Position numbers and translations under genes: made by a program
Assembly: GCA_000165345.1 (NCBI GenBank)
Contig: CM000431.1
Coordinates: 992,001 to 1,056,000 of the forward strand
Length of the DNA: 64,000 nucleotides
Reading direction: 5' to 3'
Shown: positions 49,809 to 61,300 of the stretch, piece after piece
Position numbering within the stretch: position 1 is the first letter of the stretch
How the letters are laid out: every line of letters starts with the position of its first letter
Notes under the pieces: model-generated
The model's input: only the letters and a program-made list of their open reading frames with translations
Told to the model about the DNA's origin: nothing
The model's database searches: none

Positions 49809-52800
49809 TCAATTGAAAACTGTATTTGGATGTTCAAGAAGGCATTTATAATCGTTTTTAATATCTTTATAACCACTTGGAATGAAGTCCAGAGAAGTCT
49901 TGGAAGCCTTCAAATTATTTACTTTTTGAGTGGCAATCATAATACGCGGAACAGTTTCTATATCAGATAACAAATTAGAGATGTCGGATGGCTTCATTTT
50001 ATTTAAATATTCTCTAGTACCACCAACAAGATTTAAAATACTAATTTTCGATAAAAGAAACTTTGTTTCAAAGACATTATCTGCAAAATTCATATTTTCG
50101 AAGATTTTATTAACATAACTCTTGGATTTATGGCTTTTAAGAACCTTGGAAATGGATTGATTTAATTCTTTGTCTAGAATTCTATTTAATGTTCCTGCCA
50201 AAAATTCAATGCTCCTGATGCTCAGCGACACTACAACAAAATTATTCGCAACAACTGATAAAGAGGAAGCGAAATCAATTTTTTTGTCTGACGAAACTCT
50301 AGATGAAATTTCATTAGACAAAGCTTCTTTGATAGCAGATGCCTTAATAATGCTTGGAACTGTTAATTGACCAATAAGTAATACAACTGTTGAGTAAGAA
50401 GCATCAGCAGTAAAGTCTAACTTATGAGTATACATACTTTTATATTCATTTGGAATAGTGGAAATATCCAAAATAGATGTATTAATTTCTATCGGAACGT
50501 AATTATTGGAATCATTCTTATCATTATTGTAAACTTCCTTGTTAAAGAAATTTAAACTGTTTTCTTCGTTAATTTCCATTGAGAAGAACTCATGGCCAAG
50601 ACCTTGAATAAACACATTCAAAATGTGATTGGCATGGAAAGGAGTGAGGTTACCTTGAATAAGGCCATAAATAGATGGAGATGCGAATAAAGAAGAATAT
50701 ACTATTCTGACAAGCTCGATATCGAAATCATTCTCAAGAAAAGCACCAAGTCTTAAAAATGAACAATGCTGGGAAGAAACTATTTGAGTAACAATTTTTA
50801 GATCCTTTTCAAATTGTGTATAACCTTTATAGAGCCTCAATAAAGTACTTTTAGCAGCTCTCTTCGCGCTAATAATTATTTCCTCTGTTAAGTAGCTATC
50901 AAAGGATAAAATAGTATTTAAAACGTCATTCATGATTAAAGTAAAATAGTCGATTGGTGCATTTACAACTAGAAATATTTCAAATGGATCTGAAATTATA
51001 TCGCTAAATGATTGAGCTGGAATAAAGCCAATATTTGATTTCAATCTATTTGTATAGTACAAAGTTTCACTTAGCTTAATGTTTAGAATTGCAGTCAAAA
51101 TGTGAATTGTAGCAAGAATTAAAAAAGAAGAAACTTCACCGTTAAACTTTTCTAATAAAGGACTCCACTTGCGTAAACCAAATTTCAGCTCAAGATTAAC
51201 GCTCTTGCTAAATGATCCATTATTGGAGAACCATATTCCAGATGTGGTAATCGATTTATATGCCATTGTACGAGATATTATGGTCTCACTGCCCGATTCC
51301 TTAAGATATTTGTAATGGATATCTAACGACTTGTGTAAATTAAGTAACTTTTCAAAAATAGGCATTGAGTGGAAAAATGGTAAAGAGATATTGCTGATTA
51401 AATCATTGTTCGGTAATTGTAAGCCAAATGTATCAACTGCATATGTTGGACTTAAGGAAGAAAGTTTATTGGATAAAATATCAGCCGTTTTAATTATAAA
51501 AACTCTAATATTCGTGTGAGGCTCAACTGTTTCAACTGGGAATATTTCAAACTTTTCATTTTTTTTAGTAATAACTGACAAAGGATTCAATTGATCAAGA
51601 ATATGAAGAGTAACTGTAATCGAATCCAAGTTCATTTTTGAAATGAAATGCTCAACATTTGCGCGTATAAACTGAGTGTTAATATTTGAATTGAGAATAT
51701 CGGATGAAGGTCTGGACATAATGAAATGCGAACTTAAATAGTTCTCTATAGCCTCCGACAAAATTACTGTTGACTTGGTAAGGTGATAATTGAATAAATT
51801 CTGTGCTTCAGCGAAAAGTCTGTCGCTAGCAACAGTCCTCTTTATTAAATTGAGGTAAGAAGCTATGGATTCAATTATAATTGGAATATTTTGTAATCCT
51901 TTTTTAGTCAGATTCACTTCCAAATACAAAATAGTGGTGGTATATTCAGAATAGTAGTAACTATTTACATTATTAGCAAATCTATTCATAAAAATAAAGT
52001 TCAAAATACCACTTCTATGTCTGGAATTGAGTATGCTTAATATAAAAGCCTGTCCATTGGATGCAAGTGATTCCAAATCATAAGTTTCAAATGGTATATA
52101 AAGCCTCAAAATATTTGTATGGAAGCCATTTCTTAAAACAATATTACTTGTCAAGTTTTTGATAGCCATGTTGGCTATATTGATTTTATTATAATCTAAA
52201 TCTTCTTTCTTTCTGAGCTTACCTTTTGTCAATGAAGAAAGCCCTTTAATGAGACTTGAATTATTTAATTTACCAATGAATATTGCGGACATGGCATGAG
52301 GCTTGAAGATACTATTAACAATTTGTCTTGAGTATTTTGGTAATTCAACATCCAATTTAATAGAACTCTTGAAACAGGATTGCGAGAAAATGCTCGAAAT
52401 TTGTAATTGTTCGCAACCAAGTGATGGTAAACTACCGTAAATCATTCTAATCATAAGCTTGTCAACCTCAATTGAACTTGGATCATCAAGAATTCTTTCA
52501 AATTCTTCCGATGCTTGTAGAATTTCGATTAAATAAGAACTATTTTCTAAATACGATTGGTTTTTAATAGTATTGAGAAAACAGTCAAAGAACTTATTTG
52601 TTTTTTCGGTTAAAAATGTGAATATCAAAGTAGATCTGGTTGCATCTATCTTAATTTTAAAATGAGCATGAGTCTCCTCCTTAAAAACCTTACTCATACA
52701 AACATTCACTTGTTTGCTGAATATAAATAGAGCAAAATATCTAATACCAGGTAACTGTATTGGATCGGAGGAACTTCCACTATTAAAAGTTATTCTAAAA

Positions 52801-53084
52801 TTAGAATAAGAACTTTCAAATGGCTGCTGAATGTTAAACAAAGTGAAGCCATTATTGAATGACTTTCTTGAGATTAAAACATCTTCATTAAGATAAACAT
52901 CTCTGTATTTAAAAGTTTCAAGGCCATTCTCGTCACTAACTTTTTCTAACTCTAATAAAGAATGGGAATAATGTAGCCTACTCTTTGAACCAATATTACT
53001 GCTAATTGGATTTTCATTAAATAAAAACAAGCATGCGACTGAAATCAAAATAATTAGTCGAAACATGCTTATATTCAATATCAA
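49809..53084 (-). CDS. insulinase-like (M16A) secreted protein, paralogue 3 (1091 aa); active-site motif degenerate (GIRYFALFIF)
   Basis: Signal peptide MILNISMFRLIILISVACLFLF. FKYRDVYLNEDVLISRKS...SGSSSDPIQLPGIRYFALFIFSKQ is the positional equivalent of the YRxLxLxNGLxVLLxSD...[11 protein letters not shown] block. The C-terminus has IPSGY. The size and architecture match the neighbouring copies. Confidence 0.7.
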   Translation of the reverse strand: MILNISMFRLIILISVACLFLFNENPISSNIGSKSRLHYSHSLLELEKVSDENGLETFKYRDVYLNEDVLISRKSFNNGFTLFNIQQPFESSYSNFRITFNSGSSSDPIQLPGIRYFALFIFSKQVNVCMSKVFKEETHAHFKIKIDATRSTLIFTFLTEKTNKFFDCFLNTIKNQSYLENSSYLIEILQASEEFERILDDPSSIEVDKLMIRMIYGSLPSLGCEQLQISSIFSQSCFKSSIKLDVELPKYSRQIVNSIFKPHAMSAIFIGKLNNSSLIKGLSSLTKGKLRKKEDLDYNKINIANMAIKNLTSNIVLRNGFHTNILRLYIPFETYDLESLASNGQAFILSILNSRHRSGILNFIFMNRFANNVNSYYYSEYTTTILYLEVNLTKKGLQNIPIIIESIASYLNLIKRTVASDRLFAEAQNLFNYHLTKSTVILSEAIENYLSSHFIMSRPSSDILNSNINTQFIRANVEHFISKMNLDSITVTLHILDQLNPLSVITKKNEKFEIFPVETVEPHTNIRVFIIKTADILSNKLSSLSPTYAVDTFGLQLPNNDLISNISLPFFHSMPIFEKLLNLHKSLDIHYKYLKESGSETIISRTMAYKSITTSGIWFSNNGSFSKSVNLELKFGLRKWSPLLEKFNGEVSSFLILATIHILTAILNIKLSETLYYTNRLKSNIGFIPAQSFSDIISDPFEIFLVVNAPIDYFTLIMNDVLNTILSFDSYLTEEIIISAKRAAKSTLLRLYKGYTQFEKDLKIVTQIVSSQHCSFLRLGAFLENDFDIELVRIVYSSLFASPSIYGLIQGNLTPFHANHILNVFIQGLGHEFFSMEINEENSLNFFNKEVYNNDKNDSNNYVPIEINTSILDISTIPNEYKSMYTHKLDFTADASYSTVVLLIGQLTVPSIIKASAIKEALSNEISSRVSSDKKIDFASSLSVVANNFVVVSLSIRSIEFLAGTLNRILDKELNQSISKVLKSHKSKSYVNKIFENMNFADNVFETKFLLSKISILNLVGGTREYLNKMKPSDISNLLSDIETVPRIMIATQKVNNLKASKTSLDFIPSGYKDIKNDYKCLLEHPNTVFN

Positions 53085-53934
53085 CTATCTTCCACTTAAT
53101 GCTGGGTATAAGATTTCTCGGAAAAACAAAACTGACTTCTTATATTGAAAATAACCTGCGGAATAGATCGTAACTATGATTTGAATTAAGATATCAATAA
53201 CTCTTACTCCAAAAATTAATTCCGCCTTTAACTCTATATATTGGTACCCTTCTATTAAGCTTAAATTAATGGAAAATGAAGTGCTGTCTACTAGGCGCCA
53301 ATCCTCTAAAGAATAGAAAAACATTCAAATTTTAACAATATGAAATGATAATGCAATTAATTGCACGTAAATTCAATCACTATAATATTGAATCTTTTTT
53401 TCATTCTGATTTTTATATATTGAATCTAAGCTGCTATTAAATGTTTATCTCGTAACTACCATCGAAATTGAGCTACTTTGTCACTTTTGTATCTGAAGAA
53501 TGTACGAATTTGATCAAGTGGGCGGATTTAATTGTTCAATTATTTTTTTAAATATTTATTTGTTCTAGAGAGTGCGATTTTATTTGCATTAAATAAGTGA
53601 ATTCAGCTTCATTGTTCTGAAATACTCATTTTTTGTAGTACTACTAGATATCAATTACAAATGGTTGTGTTAGAAGCAGTAAATTTGAAATAATACATTA
53701 AGTTGAGAAACAGCACTTAGTTTTTTCAATTCTAGAGGTTTTATAGAAATTTACGATTTACTACGGTTCCCATTAAGCTAGAATTGGTTTTTTAAGAGAA
53801 AAAAACATTGTGAAAATTTTTCAATGAATGAGTGAATTCATTGGTATCATTTCATTTTTAACACTCATTAATACATGAAATATGTAGCTGTTATTATTTA
53901 AAGAAAATTTACTTGAATACACTTTTTACATCTA

Positions 53935-56900
53935 TTAAGTAATAAAATTGTTTTCAATTGCGATCTTTTTTACAATACTTGTTGAGTTTATTCTGTTAAA
54001 CCCTTCTAGTTTGAATGAATTTGCTTCTGCCAATTCAATGGCTGAAACATGAGTCTTTACAATAGAAATAAGAACTTTAGCAGGTTTAACAAAAACTCCC
54101 CATTTGTTAAGGAATTCATTATAGTTAAGATTAAGTAAATATGCAACTTGAATATACTTCCAGTTTGGATCTGATTTTCTATCAAGTAGAGAGCCGGAAT
54201 ACTGATCAAGAAGTTCAACCATATTTATATGAGGAATTTCAATACTAGCAACAGCACGATTAACCCCTTTCTTGAATTCATCTCTGGAAATGAGAGGAGT
54301 GACAAGAGTAAAGTACTTATTATAGAATTGTACTGCCAAACTAGTTAACTTGATGATGCTATATTCTGGTGAGGAAATCATGATTTTGAGCAACAAATAG
54401 CTTGTTCCTATACTATAGGGAGAAATTGCAAACTCAGTTTTTGGATACTCTGAAGATGTAAACTCTTTGAATGCGTTTTTAATATCCAAGTTCACCACAA
54501 GCTGTAAAAATGCGAGCATTTCTTCTGAATATTTACCAACCTGGACTTCCATATATACAACAGAAAGATCTTCATTTGAATTAGAGCATTGCTTAAGATA
54601 AAATATATCCTTATATTCAACAGGCAAAGAGTCCATATTTATCCTATTAATCCATTTTCCTTTATAACTTCCTTCTGGTAAGAATGCTTTTTCTGAGTAG
54701 TCAGTAGTTGAGATTTTTCTTGTAGAGTTTGTTTCAGAGTAACTTTCATCATTACTTGTAACATAAACAATTGTATTATTGTTAAACTCTAATAACTGAT
54801 TTGAATTAGTTGAATTTAACTTATTTGTTAAATTGAAATCATTATATTCAATTATACTATCTTCTATATCAGCAAAGTTAGTGGAAACATTCAAAAATCT
54901 AAGGTTGCTTACATCGCTCACTGCTACAAAGTCTCTATTAAGCATTCTCCCAATCTTTAATAAGTAAGAGTTAACCTGCATTGGAGTACAGTTTCCAATA
55001 ACTAATGATTCAATGGAGCCCATTTTTATTATGTAAGATGCAAAATCGACAACATCTTTAAATTTAATACTTTTTAGAGCTTGAGAGAACATTGAAGGAG
55101 TCATCATATAAAAATTAAGAATTTCAAAAGAAGTATATTCTGCCAGAGTTTTGCTTTGTAGAGAGGAAATTTTATTTAGTATTAGCTGGAAATCTGACTT
55201 TGCATCATTAAAATGGTTCTTATTGACAAAAGTTCCATACTTTCTTAAGCCATTAAATACCGTTAAGAAGAAGTTATCAAAAGATGAAGTGTAATTCGTC
55301 CACTTAAATTCTATTCCCAAGAAAGAATTCTGAAGCTCTGAAATTGATTTATAATTACTTTCAACAATACATTCCCTGTATTCTGATGGAATTGCATATT
55401 TGAAGGACTTCATGAAAAGATAAGATAGGGTTACAAGCCTAGCATTTGTTTTTGGAAGAGATTGAAACCCATATACCACCAAAGATTTTGGCTGAATGAA
55501 AATTCTTGAGCTTAAGGAAATCTTTGGAACCCCAACATTAATAGGGAAGTAGAATGTGGAATAAGCAATTGGTGAAACAAACTCATTAAATCCTGATAAG
55601 ACATTATTCATTAGCGTCTCATCAATATCTTCCGTCGTATTTGATGTATATTTGATATAAGATGCCAAAGATTCAACCAAAAGTTTTGGATGCACTTGTG
55701 GAGGTATATCATAAGTATAGATTTTATATTGTTTTGGATAATTTATTACAATCTCAGTAATATTGAAACCCAAATGCTCAAATGCTAAATTCTTATTACT
55801 ACCTTCAAATACCTCTAAAGTCTTTGTTGGGATATCAGTAATTAAATAGTTTGCATTCAAGTATCTTTCTATTTTGAAATTTGGATATTCTCCAGGTTTT
55901 GCTCTCATAAATGACCTACGAATTATTCTCATGAATGACATAAACTTTCTAGAGAACCAACCCCATCCTGATTCACCATAAACTTCACTAGATAATAAAA
56001 AGTCTTTAGAGTTTCTATTAAATGAGCTAGATGAAAATGTAACTACCATATTAAATGGATTTAAATATTCTAATAGCATCCTTACATAGCCATGATTTAT
56101 AGCTTCAAGCTCATAAGGTACTAAAAGTACATTTTCTGGAGAACATTCACTTTCAAAAAGTGACTTTACGATATTCTTGGAGTATCTGTAATATCCTGTA
56201 CTTTTATACTGTTTGAGTATTCCTTGTTCTACACGTCTTATTTGCTCATTTAAATATTTATTATATCTTGCAGTCTTTACAGCATCTAAAGTTCCAAAAA
56301 TAGCTTGTATTACTCTAACTAACTTATCCCTATCAGAATCCACCAAAATTGCTTTTATAACCAAGTTAGAGAAACCTGTATCATGATTTACTATATCAAC
56401 CTCGATTTCTCTAACCCAGCCCAGATTTGTCATCTTATCCAAGAATCCATCATGGAATCGTTGAGTTAAGAAGTATTTGACATATGATCCTAACTTATAT
56501 TTCCAAAGCTTACTCTGATTTGGTATTGGAAATTCCATTGTAATGTATGCTTCTGGAGTTCGAGATTTAACTTCTATAAATTTCCCAATTAATGTATCAT
56601 AAGGGTGAGTCACATTTCCAGAAAACTCTTCTGGCTTTCCTGGAGTGACACCAGTACTGAATAAGTCAGAAAACTCATTTCTTACTAGCTCTTCTACAGT
56701 TTCTAGACTTAAACTAGTTGCAATACTTAACACCATTAAGTGGGGACTATAGTATTTTTTTTTAAACCTTATGGCTTCCTCATGAACTGAGAGATTATTC
56801 TTCGAAGGAATCTCTCTCAATGTTTCATTTGTGCCATATGGAAATCTATGGAAGGCATGAGAAGAATTTGAAAGTTCTCGCTTTAATTGTAGTTCTTGCA

Positions 56901-57807
56901 AAGAATCAACACGTTTAAATATTTCAGTCAGCTCTGTAACCTGAGAAATTGATTCGTCCAATGAACTCCAAGTAATTTTTGTCTTATCAAGTCTTTTTCT
57001 AAAAGCACTGACAGAAGACATGAAATACTTTGATTTAATATTATATGAGTAAATTGTAGAAAATTTGTTTGATTCAACATTAAAGTAGCCGTTGTTATCA
57101 TCCAAAAGTTTCCTAAAATCTGTGTCGCTTGTAACATTCTGTTCTTTTTTAAACAGTTCTTGTGTTATTAAATAAGATACGCCATCAATTCCTTTTGGGT
57201 CATGAGCACTCCCTACTTCTATTCCCAATGACAAAGAGGATGTGTAAAGTAAACTGTTTGATACCAAAAAAACTTTGAGTCCGTTATCTAGTTTGATATA
57301 TCTATACTTATTTTCATCACCAAAATATTTATTAAATTGATCATTATCAATTAATGTTTGGTATCTTAAAGGGCTCTGATTTTCTTGAAACTCTTCTTCA
57401 TTTATCAATTCATCCATTGAATCTAGGCCATATAAACAGTTCAATCCATAAAAGCATTTTTTTCCACTTTCTTTTAATTTCAAATACTCTTCTTCTGAAT
57501 GAAGCCTCTCTTTAAGGTTCTGTAAATCATTAATATCCGTTTGATTGAAGATGATATTTTCTGCAATATCATCTATATCTGTAACGTTAATAAATAACTT
57601 ATCCAAATCGAATTGATCTATTGGGTTTCCTTTTTCATCTGTAATCACCTCTATAAGACTAATTTCAATAGGATGCCTTGATCCGGCCTTTTGGCTCAAG
57701 CAAATTAGAACAAATAAAGCCCCTGCTAAAACAAAGAGCCTCTTCAAAAAACACATAGTTTGATAAAAAAGTTTAAATAATGAATGTTTATTCATTTGAA
57801 ATACCAA
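53935..57807 (-). CDS. insulinase-like (M16A) secreted protein, paralogue 4 (1290 aa); HxxEH replaced by SYLITQE
   Basis: Signal/anchor MNKHSLFKLFYQTMCFLKRLFVLAGALFVLICLS. YRYIKLDNGLKVFLVSNSLLYTSSLSLGIEVGSAHDPKGIDGVSYLITQELFKK. KYYSPHLMVLSIATSLSLETVEELVRNEF aligns with IDE [29 protein letters not shown]. Confidence 0.8.
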   Translation of the reverse strand: MVFQMNKHSLFKLFYQTMCFLKRLFVLAGALFVLICLSQKAGSRHPIEISLIEVITDEKGNPIDQFDLDKLFINVTDIDDIAENIIFNQTDINDLQNLKERLHSEEEYLKLKESGKKCFYGLNCLYGLDSMDELINEEEFQENQSPLRYQTLIDNDQFNKYFGDENKYRYIKLDNGLKVFLVSNSLLYTSSLSLGIEVGSAHDPKGIDGVSYLITQELFKKEQNVTSDTDFRKLLDDNNGYFNVESNKFSTIYSYNIKSKYFMSSVSAFRKRLDKTKITWSSLDESISQVTELTEIFKRVDSLQELQLKRELSNSSHAFHRFPYGTNETLREIPSKNNLSVHEEAIRFKKKYYSPHLMVLSIATSLSLETVEELVRNEFSDLFSTGVTPGKPEEFSGNVTHPYDTLIGKFIEVKSRTPEAYITMEFPIPNQSKLWKYKLGSYVKYFLTQRFHDGFLDKMTNLGWVREIEVDIVNHDTGFSNLVIKAILVDSDRDKLVRVIQAIFGTLDAVKTARYNKYLNEQIRRVEQGILKQYKSTGYYRYSKNIVKSLFESECSPENVLLVPYELEAINHGYVRMLLEYLNPFNMVVTFSSSSFNRNSKDFLLSSEVYGESGWGWFSRKFMSFMRIIRRSFMRAKPGEYPNFKIERYLNANYLITDIPTKTLEVFEGSNKNLAFEHLGFNITEIVINYPKQYKIYTYDIPPQVHPKLLVESLASYIKYTSNTTEDIDETLMNNVLSGFNEFVSPIAYSTFYFPINVGVPKISLSSRIFIQPKSLVVYGFQSLPKTNARLVTLSYLFMKSFKYAIPSEYRECIVESNYKSISELQNSFLGIEFKWTNYTSSFDNFFLTVFNGLRKYGTFVNKNHFNDAKSDFQLILNKISSLQSKTLAEYTSFEILNFYMMTPSMFSQALKSIKFKDVVDFASYIIKMGSIESLVIGNCTPMQVNSYLLKIGRMLNRDFVAVSDVSNLRFLNVSTNFADIEDSIIEYNDFNLTNKLNSTNSNQLLEFNNNTIVYVTSNDESYSETNSTRKISTTDYSEKAFLPEGSYKGKWINRINMDSLPVEYKDIFYLKQCSNSNEDLSVVYMEVQVGKYSEEMLAFLQLVVNLDIKNAFKEFTSSEYPKTEFAISPYSIGTSYLLLKIMISSPEYSIIKLTSLAVQFYNKYFTLVTPLISRDEFKKGVNRAVASIEIPHINMVELLDQYSGSLLDRKSDPNWKYIQVAYLLNLNYNEFLNKWGVFVKPAKVLISIVKTHVSAIELAEANSFKLEGFNRINSTSIVKKIAIENNFIT

Positions 57808-58326
57808 GGAAAATGCTTTGTCGTTTATTCTAATAATTAAACGCCCAACAATTTAAATGAACTTCTTCATTTCAATTAAAATTCAAGTTTAGCATTCACT
57901 GCCTATTATTGGCCTGATTAAAATTCCATTTATTTATTAACCTGTTGTTTTTCCTGATTTTACTATTCATATCCCACACCCCCACAAATATTTACAACTT
58001 GATCAAATCTCAAGTTAATTCTCACAGGGATTTCTAATACAAATTCTGATACCTAAATGATTTTTCTATTTTATCATTTTCTTGTAAAAATTGAATTTTA
58101 TTTAAATCATAAAATCTGTATCTTTCTATTCCATTTAAACCCTAATTTAGGATTGCTCGAATGCTCATGTATCCCGCCAACAAACAATTTCAAGATATCT
58201 AAGGAATCAAAAGGTGAAAAAATAAAAATTATTCGGAGAGGGAATTTCTAAATCATTAAGATTTGTATGTTTATCGCCTACTAAATTTAAGTTTTCTTAT
58301 AAGTGTTTGAACCCTTGAAAAAGAAC

Positions 58327-61300
58327 TTATGTGTTAAATATATCTTGCTGCTCGTTAATGTCATAAAGACTTTCTGCAAATAAAAGTTTGGTAAACCCTT
58401 GAGGCAAATATGACTCAAGGGACTCAAAAAGTTCATAGTTTGTGTTTTGTGATTGATATGAAATAAATAGTTTTGATGAGCTACCGAAATACTGCCAATA
58501 TTTATAAAACTGGTCAAATGTTAAAGCATCAATAAATTCTAAATAATCTTTTTTCCATGAGCAAGAAAAGTGGGTATGTTTGGAAGCTCCCATATGTAAA
58601 GATGCTAGTGTGAATAAATCTTCTGACTCCGACCCTTCGTAGTATATTTTATTGGTTTTTGATGTGATTTGGCTGCCAAGGTTGTTTTCTATTAATCTTG
58701 CGTTTCTGGAAAGTAATAATAAAAATTCTTTGGCTTTATTAAACCCTGACCTAGAAATCATCTTTGAAGGCCTGGAATAATATGTTAGGAAGAAATTGTT
58801 AAGGAGCTCGCCAAGTTCTCTAATGTTTTTAGTTGGGGACTGTAGCTTGAACTCAAGAACTAAATATTTACCAAGTATTATTCTAGGGAGCACTTTTAAA
58901 GAACAATCTGGACAAACTTTATCTGAGAACTCTATAAAATACTTATATGAATTGAGCTCTGAAACTATTTGAAGGAATGCCAAGTTCTGCTCGCTATAAA
59001 ACCCATAATGAATTTGGAGGAGAACCATATTATCCTTGCTATTTTTGCTTGAATTAATGTAAAAGAAGTAAGAATTGCTGTAGTTGTATGGCAATCTACT
59101 CATATCACTGAATGAATTTCTTGTGTATCCAAGATTCTCAATATTCATAGCATTGTATGTGTTTGTATGAGTAGCTCCATTTGGCTTTCCAATTTGATTA
59201 TTATTGTCGCTTTTAAGATCTTTAGATGTTGATTTTTTGCTTCCAGATCTAAGCATTCTTCCTTTCTCTTCAAAGCTAAATTCTTCAAATCCAAGAGTAT
59301 TAAAATCTTCATTTATGTCTGAATTGACTTGTTTTGTTGAATTGAACATATTTTCCGTTGTGTTCAAAGAAAGCTCTAAAGATGAACTGTCCATTCCTCG
59401 AATGGTATTTACAAAACTGGATAGGTAATATTTTATTTGTATCGGAGTTGCATTTCCAAGTACTGATCCTGAAATTGAGAAGTTTTTAATAAAAAAGTTA
59501 GCAAAATCAATGAGGCTTTGAATGGTTATTTTGGACATTTCATCTTCTAGCCTGCTAATTTTCATAAATCCTGGGTCAAGCAACTGGTAGGAAAGCGAAA
59601 GAAGTCTGAGATTATCATTTTCTGACTTGAACGAATTAATAATATCTTGGAAACGTTGTTTGGCATTCTGAAAGCTGGACTGCTTAATAGAAGTTTGGAA
59701 TGTGGATAGAATATTTGCAATCTCATTCAAACTGTCGGGAAAAATAGAGGAATAACCCCTCCAACTAAATTCTATGCCATAGAAGAACTCTTGTAGCTCC
59801 CAATGGTGATAACTTCTTTCAAAAGAAAAGTTCTCATTTAGGTGGCTAGGCAAAACATCGTAAAGGGTATTTTGGAATAAGAACATTAGTATTGCTAGCT
59901 TTTCTGGGCAGCTGAATTCTTTTGGAGGATTGCTCGGGACCTGAAGTCTTACAGAAATCATTACATCAGGATTGAATGATGTCGGAAGGTAACAAAAACT
60001 TCTTGAAATTGAATCCATTTTGTTTGTACTTAAAGCAACTACCAAATCTCTTGGATTTATTGGAGTTGATAAATTTAAATAAGAAAAGTCCGTAGAATTA
60101 TTGGAAGCTTCTGATAAGCTTATTTCAGTAAGATTTTTAGCCTGTTTAAACTCTTTAACTGCATAGTAGAGAGGAATAGGAAACTCTTTCTTGGGAACAT
60201 CTTCCGTATAAATAACGAAATTTCTCGGGAATTTGGGGTCTATTTCAGGCATTTGTAACTTTAAAATATCATTAGCCAACGTGGAATTAACAGACTGCAG
60301 TACCTCAATGACTTTACTTGGAATGTCCTCTAATAAATATTCTCCACCTAGGTATTCCTCTTTCAAAAACTTCGGAAATGTGCCTACTTTTGTCCTATGA
60401 AAAGCTGTGTTTACACTTCTGAAGAAGGAAGATATTGACTTTCTTGCACTCTTCCACTTACTATCCAAGAAAAATTGACTGGAAAGGAGGATATTGGAAG
60501 CACTCTTTTTGAATTCTTTCTTTTCAAGAATCAATATTAAATTATCATACTTCATATGGTCTATTATCTCCTTTACATGATTAAATTCTATCTTATTCAT
60601 TGATACTCCTGCATGTAAAACTTCTGGAGGTGAACAGTTCGTTCTCAAAAATGTGTTAACAATTTTTCTGGATAGATCTGAGTAAAGAGAATCAATAGAA
60701 GCCTCTAAGATTGATTGTCTCTTCTTTCTGATCTGATTAATTATTGTTTCTGAAATGGAAACTTCTTTAATCAGTTTTAGGAAAGATAAAGTGATCTCTA
60801 AAATCTTTACAATGGCTTTTTCACCTTTAGAGTTTAACTTAAATCTAATAATAAAGTTTGAAAAACCATTGTCATTTACCTCAATCATAGTCTCTAAGCC
60901 TAATATTATTCCAATTCCCTTTAAATAACTGTAAAGACTTTTATTTGAATAATCTGTAAAGAAGAATGAAATATACTCAGCAGGTTTGTACTTCCAAAGT
61001 GGGCTCTGGTGTGGAATAGGGAATATCACCGTAAAATAAGTGTTTTCTTCCGCAGATTTTACCTGTATTACTTTATTATTTAAATCAATATAAGGATGAA
61101 TGATTTCATTTGAAAGGTCAAATGGAGTAATTAGTTGTTTGCTCTGGTTTGGAATTTCATCAAAAAATGTTCTTGCAAGACCTTCAAGCTCATCTATGCT
61201 TTTATCTGAAACAATTGAAATAGTCATCAAATTTGAACTGTAGTAAGAGCCGTAAAACTTAATTAGTTCAAAAAGAAGAGCTTCTGTATCGAAATCTATA

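Noticed and set aside
53085-53324. 79-aa ORF immediately upstream of, and in frame with, insulinase-like paralogue 3, as a possible N-terminal extension
   Set aside because: An in-frame stop separates it from the ATG at 53084. The downstream ATG is followed at once by a good signal peptide, so the shorter gene model is preferred.
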